DNA from: Candidatus Anstonellales archaeon
Lineage (GTDB): Archaea; Micrarchaeota; Micrarchaeia; Anstonellales; J096
Assembly (NCBI GenBank): GCA_038890615.1
Contig: JAWAFI010000004.1
Location: 1-51,581, forward strand
Direction: 5' to 3'
Length of the DNA: 51,581 nt
Below, one piece after another: positions 46,984-51,581 of this stretch (position 1 is its first letter; each line of letters begins with the position of its first letter). The notes under the pieces were generated by a model, which saw only the letters and a list, made by a program, of their open reading frames with translations, had not been told where the DNA came from and did not search any database. A program made the position numbers and the translations under genes.

Positions 46984-48021
46984 ATGAAAAAACTTATTGC
47001 ACTTTTGCTGCTTTCATCATTGTTGTTTTTTGGCTGTGTTGCGCCCCCTCCTGAATACAACCAAACAATCCCAAACCATACCAACTACACCAACTTAACC
47101 CCTCCTTCAAATGCCACCCTTCCTGCCAACGATACTAATGTTACAAAGTCTACTCCTGACTACTGCTTCTCTTTGGAAAGCCCTGAACCATGCCTCTCTG
47201 ATTTTGAGGCATCTGATTGCCGTCTAACAAAGCACGAACTCCAATGCATCCTTTTCTTTGCAAAAAATGACATATTGCTCTGCCAGCTCTTGCCTGAGGA
47301 AATGCGCCTTGAATGCCAAATGGAATACTATGGCTGTTCTAATGATGTGTGTATGGCAGTTTCCACCAAAAATTCCTCCTACTGCACCACTGATTCTTGC
47401 ATAATAGAGTACGTGAGCGTCACAGGTGAGGATGTATGCAACTTTGAGCAGGTTTCAAAGCAGACAGCCTGCAAGTCACTCATAAAGGAAGACTTATGCA
47501 AGCATCTCGTTGGTGCTGTGAAAGATGAATGTTATTATTATGCTGCTATTTTCCAAGATTACCAAGGGTTCTGCTACATGATCAAAAGTGACTCCTACGC
47601 GCTTCCTTGCATTAAATACTTTGCGGTAAAGAACAATAAGCCTGAATTATGCGAGCACTTCTCCCTTGATACGCGATGGGCCTGCATAATAAATTACTCA
47701 ATAGAATCAGGTGATTTTGCCTGCTTGATGATAGACCAAAGGGCAAAGGTTAACCGTTTCAACTGCATCTACTACTTTGCAAAGAAGTACAGCAGGCCAG
47801 ATGTTTGCATCTATTTGGATGTTTCAGTAAGGGATACTTGTTATTCAAATGCAATATTCCAAGAAGGGCCACTAGAGGTTTCCCATTGCAGCGCAATGGT
47901 AGAGCAAGGATGGAAGGAGAAGTGCTACAGCTACGCTGCATACCGCAACAAGGACCCATCTCTATGCAATCTTGTTTCCTCTTCTGAGAAGCAGAACTGC
48001 GAGAAGCGCCTTCAGCAGTAG
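46984..48021 (+). CDS. Cys-rich repeat lipoprotein
   Basis: Lipobox LLFFGC; stalk dense in N-x-T sequons; repeats C...D-x-CY...A......C. Confidence 0.8.
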   Translation: MKKLIALLLLSSLLFFGCVAPPPEYNQTIPNHTNYTNLTPPSNATLPANDTNVTKSTPDYCFSLESPEPCLSDFEASDCRLTKHELQCILFFAKNDILLCQLLPEEMRLECQMEYYGCSNDVCMAVSTKNSSYCTTDSCIIEYVSVTGEDVCNFEQVSKQTACKSLIKEDLCKHLVGAVKDECYYYAAIFQDYQGFCYMIKSDSYALPCIKYFAVKNNKPELCEHFSLDTRWACIINYSIESGDFACLMIDQRAKVNRFNCIYYFAKKYSRPDVCIYLDVSVRDTCYSNAIFQEGPLEVSHCSAMVEQGWKEKCYSYAAYRNKDPSLCNLVSSSEKQNCEKRLQQ

Positions 48022-48077
48022 CAAAAATTGCCATAAACTTTTTTAATATTAATTCTCTAACTTCAAACAGTGATCTT

Positions 48078-48689
48078 ATGGACTATAGCCCATATGCATC
48101 TGTTAAGTATGAATTGCCTAAGCTTGAGTATGCTTATAACGCCCTTGAGCCAGTTATCTCTGCCAGGACTCTTGAATTGCATTATTCAAAGCACCATGCC
48201 GCCTATGTTAACGGCGCAAATGCAGCAGCAGAAAAGCTATCCAAGGCATACAAGGGTGAAGATATTGATGTTAAAGCAGCTATGCGCGATCTAAGCTTCA
48301 ACCTTAATGGCCACATACTTCATTCTCTCTTTTGGGAAAGCATGCGCACTCCTGTTGATAATAATTTCCCTGAGGGCGAAACAGAAGAAGCTATTAGAAA
48401 GGTTTTTGGCTCGTTTGATTCATTCAAGAAAGTTTTCAGCACAGCGGCGAAAAGCGTTGAGGGGAGTGGATGGGCTGCGCTCATAGCAAATGGCCAAGAC
48501 CTTCAAGTAATCCAGATTGAGAAGCACAACCTTCTATACCTAAACGGCTACAATATGCTCCTAGTTTTAGATGTATGGGAGCATGCATATTACTTAGATT
48601 ACCAAAACAACAGGAGTCAATTTGTTGACAGCTGGTGGAAGCTAGCCAACTGGGGCAAAGTGGAAAAAAGGCTCAAAGATATTCAATAG
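48078..48689 (+). CDS. sod: Fe/Mn superoxide dismutase
   Basis: LHYSKHH, NGHILHSLFW, GSGW, DVWEHAYY. Confidence 0.96.
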   Translation: MDYSPYASVKYELPKLEYAYNALEPVISARTLELHYSKHHAAYVNGANAAAEKLSKAYKGEDIDVKAAMRDLSFNLNGHILHSLFWESMRTPVDNNFPEGETEEAIRKVFGSFDSFKKVFSTAAKSVEGSGWAALIANGQDLQVIQIEKHNLLYLNGYNMLLVLDVWEHAYYLDYQNNRSQFVDSWWKLANWGKVEKRLKDIQ

Positions 48690-49518
48690 CCTTTTTGGCT
48701 GTTTTCTTATCGCAGACCATAAGGCTGTAAAGCAGGGCAAACTCCTTCTCTTTTCTTGATGCCAGGGCTGGAAACAGCCTTACCTTCCTTGCGCTTTTAA
48801 TAAACATTTTCTCATAATTCCTGATTTCTTTCACAATCTCTTTGCTAAATTTTTTCTCTTCTATTATGTCTGAAAGCAGTTTCCCTTCAGTCTCAATAAA
48901 TGGGTTAGCGTAGTGGCTCTCAAGGTACTTTATGCATTCCATGCTTTCATTTACTGCTGCTTCATATAGAGCAGTTAAGCCTACATCATCAGTGGAATTT
49001 GGGTTTGCGCCTTCTTCAAGAAGCATTTTAACTATTTTTTCTTTCTTGTGGGCTGCTGCCTTTATCAGTGCATCCCTACCTTGATCAACTGATGCAATCA
49101 CATGCTTAGGAAGCTCTATCTTCTTTTGAAGGTCTGCTCCTGCGTTTATCAAAAGCCTTACCAATGCTTCAGAATCTCTAAAGATTGCCAATATAATAAC
49201 AGGATAGCCGCTTACCTCCTTTTCCACTGCATTTGGGTCAGCGCCTTGGAGCAGGGCATTGAAAACACCCTTCTCAGAGCTGTTTGTTACCTCTTCAATA
49301 AGCTTCTTATCTACATCCTCCCTTTCCCTTTCGCTTAAGTTTTCCCTTCTTTCCCTGTTAAGAGCGCGGAAAGCATATCTAAGCTCTTCGCTGCATTTTT
49401 TTGATAATGCATTAAAAAGGCGCTCTTCATCGCTAAAGCAATTTTCAGCAAGTGGGCTTGAAAAGCGCCCCTCTTTTTTTGGCTTTTCCTCTTGAATTCC
49501 TTCCTTCAGCTTTTTCAT
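48673..49518 (-). CDS. Ankyrin repeat protein
   Basis: GADPN, GRDALIKAA, GANPN..GLTALYEAA. Confidence 0.85.
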   Translation of the reverse strand: MKKLKEGIQEEKPKKEGRFSSPLAENCFSDEERLFNALSKKCSEELRYAFRALNRERRENLSEREREDVDKKLIEEVTNSSEKGVFNALLQGADPNAVEKEVSGYPVIILAIFRDSEALVRLLINAGADLQKKIELPKHVIASVDQGRDALIKAAAHKKEKIVKMLLEEGANPNSTDDVGLTALYEAAVNESMECIKYLESHYANPFIETEGKLLSDIIEEKKFSKEIVKEIRNYEKMFIKSARKVRLFPALASRKEKEFALLYSLMVCDKKTAKKAIEYL

Positions 49519-49551
49519 TAATTATATTTGCTTAAAGATATTTAAAAGATA

Positions 49552-49645
49552 TGCAGGGAGTGGGATTCGAACCCACGTAGCCACTAAGGCACCAGATTGC
49601 CCGAACCCTTGAGTCTGGCGCGTTTGGCCGCTCCGCCATCCCTGC
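49552..49645 (-). tRNA. tRNA-Leu(CAA) with a 10-nt intron at 37/38 (intron 49598-49607)
   Basis: Acceptor GCAGGGA/TCCCTGC; anticodon arm CCAGA-CT-CAA-G[GGTTCGGGCA]A-TCTGG; long variable arm; T arm GGTTCGAATCC. Confidence 0.92.
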
Positions 49646-49690
49646 TGCTATTCCCACATATGATAAATTTAAAAAGGCACTGCTATATAT

Positions 49691-50140
49691 ATGAAAAGCA
49701 AAATTCTTGTGTTGGGGGGCTCTGACGAAAAGGACAATTTTATTATGTCGGTATTGCCTCTAGGGTATGAAGCAATAAAATGCCAAAACTTGAATTCTGC
49801 CTTAAAGAAACTTCCAGAGGCAGATGCAGTCATTTCCTTCCGTCATGTGCCTTTGGACTCTTTTGAAAACAAGGGTGATGGGGCCCAGCTTTACATAAAG
49901 GCAAAGGAGCTTGGAAAAGTTGCTGCGTTAATAGAAGAAGGGGGGTATGGAGAGGTTATTAAAGAAGAGATATTTATGACAGGCGAAAAAGGGTGGCAAC
50001 AGGCAACAAGAGAGGCAGTTGAATACCTTTTAAAAATGTTAAGAGCTAAAAAGATACCAGAAGAGGAGCATGACCTTCCTCTTCCTCACTTCAAGAAGAA
50101 GGTCCAAGATAGCAGGACTAAGCATAAAAACAAGATTTAG
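49691..50140 (+). CDS. Hypothetical protein, possibly a degenerate receiver-like fold
   Basis: KILVLGG...ALKKL..ADAVISF..P...DGAQL pattern. Confidence 0.6.
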   Translation: MKSKILVLGGSDEKDNFIMSVLPLGYEAIKCQNLNSALKKLPEADAVISFRHVPLDSFENKGDGAQLYIKAKELGKVAALIEEGGYGEVIKEEIFMTGEKGWQQATREAVEYLLKMLRAKKIPEEEHDLPLPHFKKKVQDSRTKHKNKI

Positions 50141-50187
50141 CTTTCAAAGCGAGCATACCTCTGATTAGATTGAATTAATCTTTTCTT

Positions 50188-51063
50188 CTAACTATTTATT
50201 AAAATATCTATAACATCTGCGACCATTTTGTCACATTTAGTTAACATAAATTTTATTGCATTTTCCATAAACTCTTTATCCTTTTCATTTAATTTTTCCC
50301 ACACTTTTTTCTCATTAACCAAATTTTTTATTTTTTTATTTAAAGCAAACATATAATCCTTTAGTATATTCTTTATTTCTTCATCACCATTATCACACGC
50401 ACAATCATATGCTGTTTTCCCGCTAGCATTAACAACAAATAGATTAGCATTATATTTTATAAATAAATTAACAAGGGGTTTACTTTTAAAAGCAACAGCA
50501 TGCATCAGTGGAGTAAAGTTGTAAGGAGTACCAACATCAACACAAGCGCCTGCTTTCAAAAGTATTTCAAGTGCTTCTGGTGGGTTTGGTTGGCAGCAGC
50601 CTACCATCTCATAAAGAATAGAGTTTCCACCATGGATCTTTGCATTTACATCAGCACCTGCTTCTACAAGTATCTTAATGCACTCAACATTAATATAGCC
50701 ACACCCAAAAGTACAGTATAGAGCTGTTCTTTCCATATCATCCTTAAAATTCACATCCGCCCCTTCCAAAATGAGCTTTACAACCCTTTCAATACTAGGG
50801 CTCTTTTCCTCACATTTCTCAATCAACTCTTTTCCCAACACCCTAGCCTTTTCCTCCCCTATCTCTTCCCTCCTTTCCCTGTTAATCCTCCTAAGCTCCT
50901 CAAAAGCCTCTTCATCTTCTTTCCTACTCCTAACACTCTCCAAAACCCTCCTAAATACCTCTTCCTCGCTTAGCCTCCTCTCCTCTTTCATCCCTTCCCC
51001 ACCAGCCTCTTTTTTCCCTCCTTTGCTATCAAACCCCTCCTTCTCTTTATCCTTAACCTCCAT
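50188..51063 (-). CDS. Ankyrin repeat protein
   Basis: GADVN x2, FTPLMHAV, GKTAYDCA. Confidence 0.88.
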   Translation of the reverse strand: MEVKDKEKEGFDSKGGKKEAGGEGMKEERRLSEEEVFRRVLESVRSRKEDEEAFEELRRINRERREEIGEEKARVLGKELIEKCEEKSPSIERVVKLILEGADVNFKDDMERTALYCTFGCGYINVECIKILVEAGADVNAKIHGGNSILYEMVGCCQPNPPEALEILLKAGACVDVGTPYNFTPLMHAVAFKSKPLVNLFIKYNANLFVVNASGKTAYDCACDNGDEEIKNILKDYMFALNKKIKNLVNEKKVWEKLNEKDKEFMENAIKFMLTKCDKMVADVIDILINS

Positions 51064-51076
51064 AATTTATCTTTCC
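51052..51076. repeat. 25-bp direct repeat, copy 2
   Basis: Identical to 34124-34148; contains the start codon of 50188..51063. Confidence 0.85.
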
Positions 51077-51094
51077 TCCAATCACTTTTTAACC

Positions 51095-51581
51095 CTAACT
51101 GCCCAGCATTTTCTCAATAAATATCTTTGCTTTCTTCTTATTGCATTCCTTAAGCGAAAACCTCAGTTGAGCCTCCCTTTTCATCCTCTTCTTAACCCTT
51201 TTATCCATCTTATCAACCAAGCCTTTCAAAAAACTCTTAGTTTTTTCATTTTCAGCCAAGCCCATTGCTGTTTTTCCTTTATTATTTTTCAAAAAAGGAT
51301 TTGCGCCATTGTCAATCAGCAACTTAAGAACTTCTTTTTCGTTACTCTCAGCAGCATACATCAGCGCAGTCTTTCCATCATTATCCTGCAAATCCACCTT
51401 AGCCCCAGCCTTTATCAGCATCTCAAGAACCCCCTTATGCCCATACCAAGCAGCCCACATCAGCGCAGTCTCTCCATCATTATCCTTCACATTCACATCC
51501 GCCCCTTTTTCAATCAATTCCTTTGCCAACCCATCCAGCCCTCCACAAGCAGCACATATAAGCATACTCATTCCATCCTTT
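51095..51581 (-). CDS. Ankyrin repeat protein, 5' end beyond the window
   Basis: GADVNVKDNDGETALMWAA, DNDGKTALMYAA; the frame stays open to the window edge. Confidence 0.9.
   Translation of the reverse strand, partial: KDGMSMLICAACGGLDGLAKELIEKGADVNVKDNDGETALMWAAWYGHKGVLEMLIKAGAKVDLQDNDGKTALMYAAESNEKEVLKLLIDNGANPFLKNNKGKTAMGLAENEKTKSFLKGLVDKMDKRVKKRMKREAQLRFSLKECNKKKAKIFIEKMLGS

Noticed and set aside
29943..51581. Diversity-generating retroelement acting on ankyrin or surface genes
   Set aside because: No reverse transcriptase, and no template/variable repeat pair differing at adenines, was seen.

Overview
A gene-dense archaeal chromosomal segment. It is most consistent with a DPANN (Micrarchaeota-like) genome, an inference from the split RpoB and RpoA, stand-alone 23S rRNA, shortened core proteins and many gene overlaps. 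In order, the window holds: an AT-rich Type III restriction-modification island, with a decayed remnant of a second methyltransferase; the rpoH-B''-B'-A'-A''-rpl30e-nusA operon; three large hypothetical genes (a CARDB protein, a ~1000-aa protein with a beta-barrel-like C-terminus, and an 11-repeat Cys-rich Ig-like protein); ahcY, a nucleoside phosphorylase, rtcB, cdc6, topA, a nucleoside deaminase, pelota and thpR; a box C/D sRNA and tRNA-Glu; a PDO, a protease-less LonB ATPase, an HTH/PIN/XPF/MBL nuclease cluster and rfcS; SRP RNA, a beta-propeller surface protein, 23S rRNA, a lipoprotein, SOD and an intron-containing tRNA-Leu; and five paralogous ankyrin genes spread through the right half. 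The most notable signals are in the RNAs: an SRP RNA lacking helix 6, a 23S rRNA with a domain I deletion and PTC substitutions (A2503C), a C/D guide complementary to the 16S anti-SD tail, and a 10-nt tRNA intron. The candidate surface/host-contact system built from a shared Cys-Ig module is also notable. All assignments come from reading motifs by eye; no searches were run.
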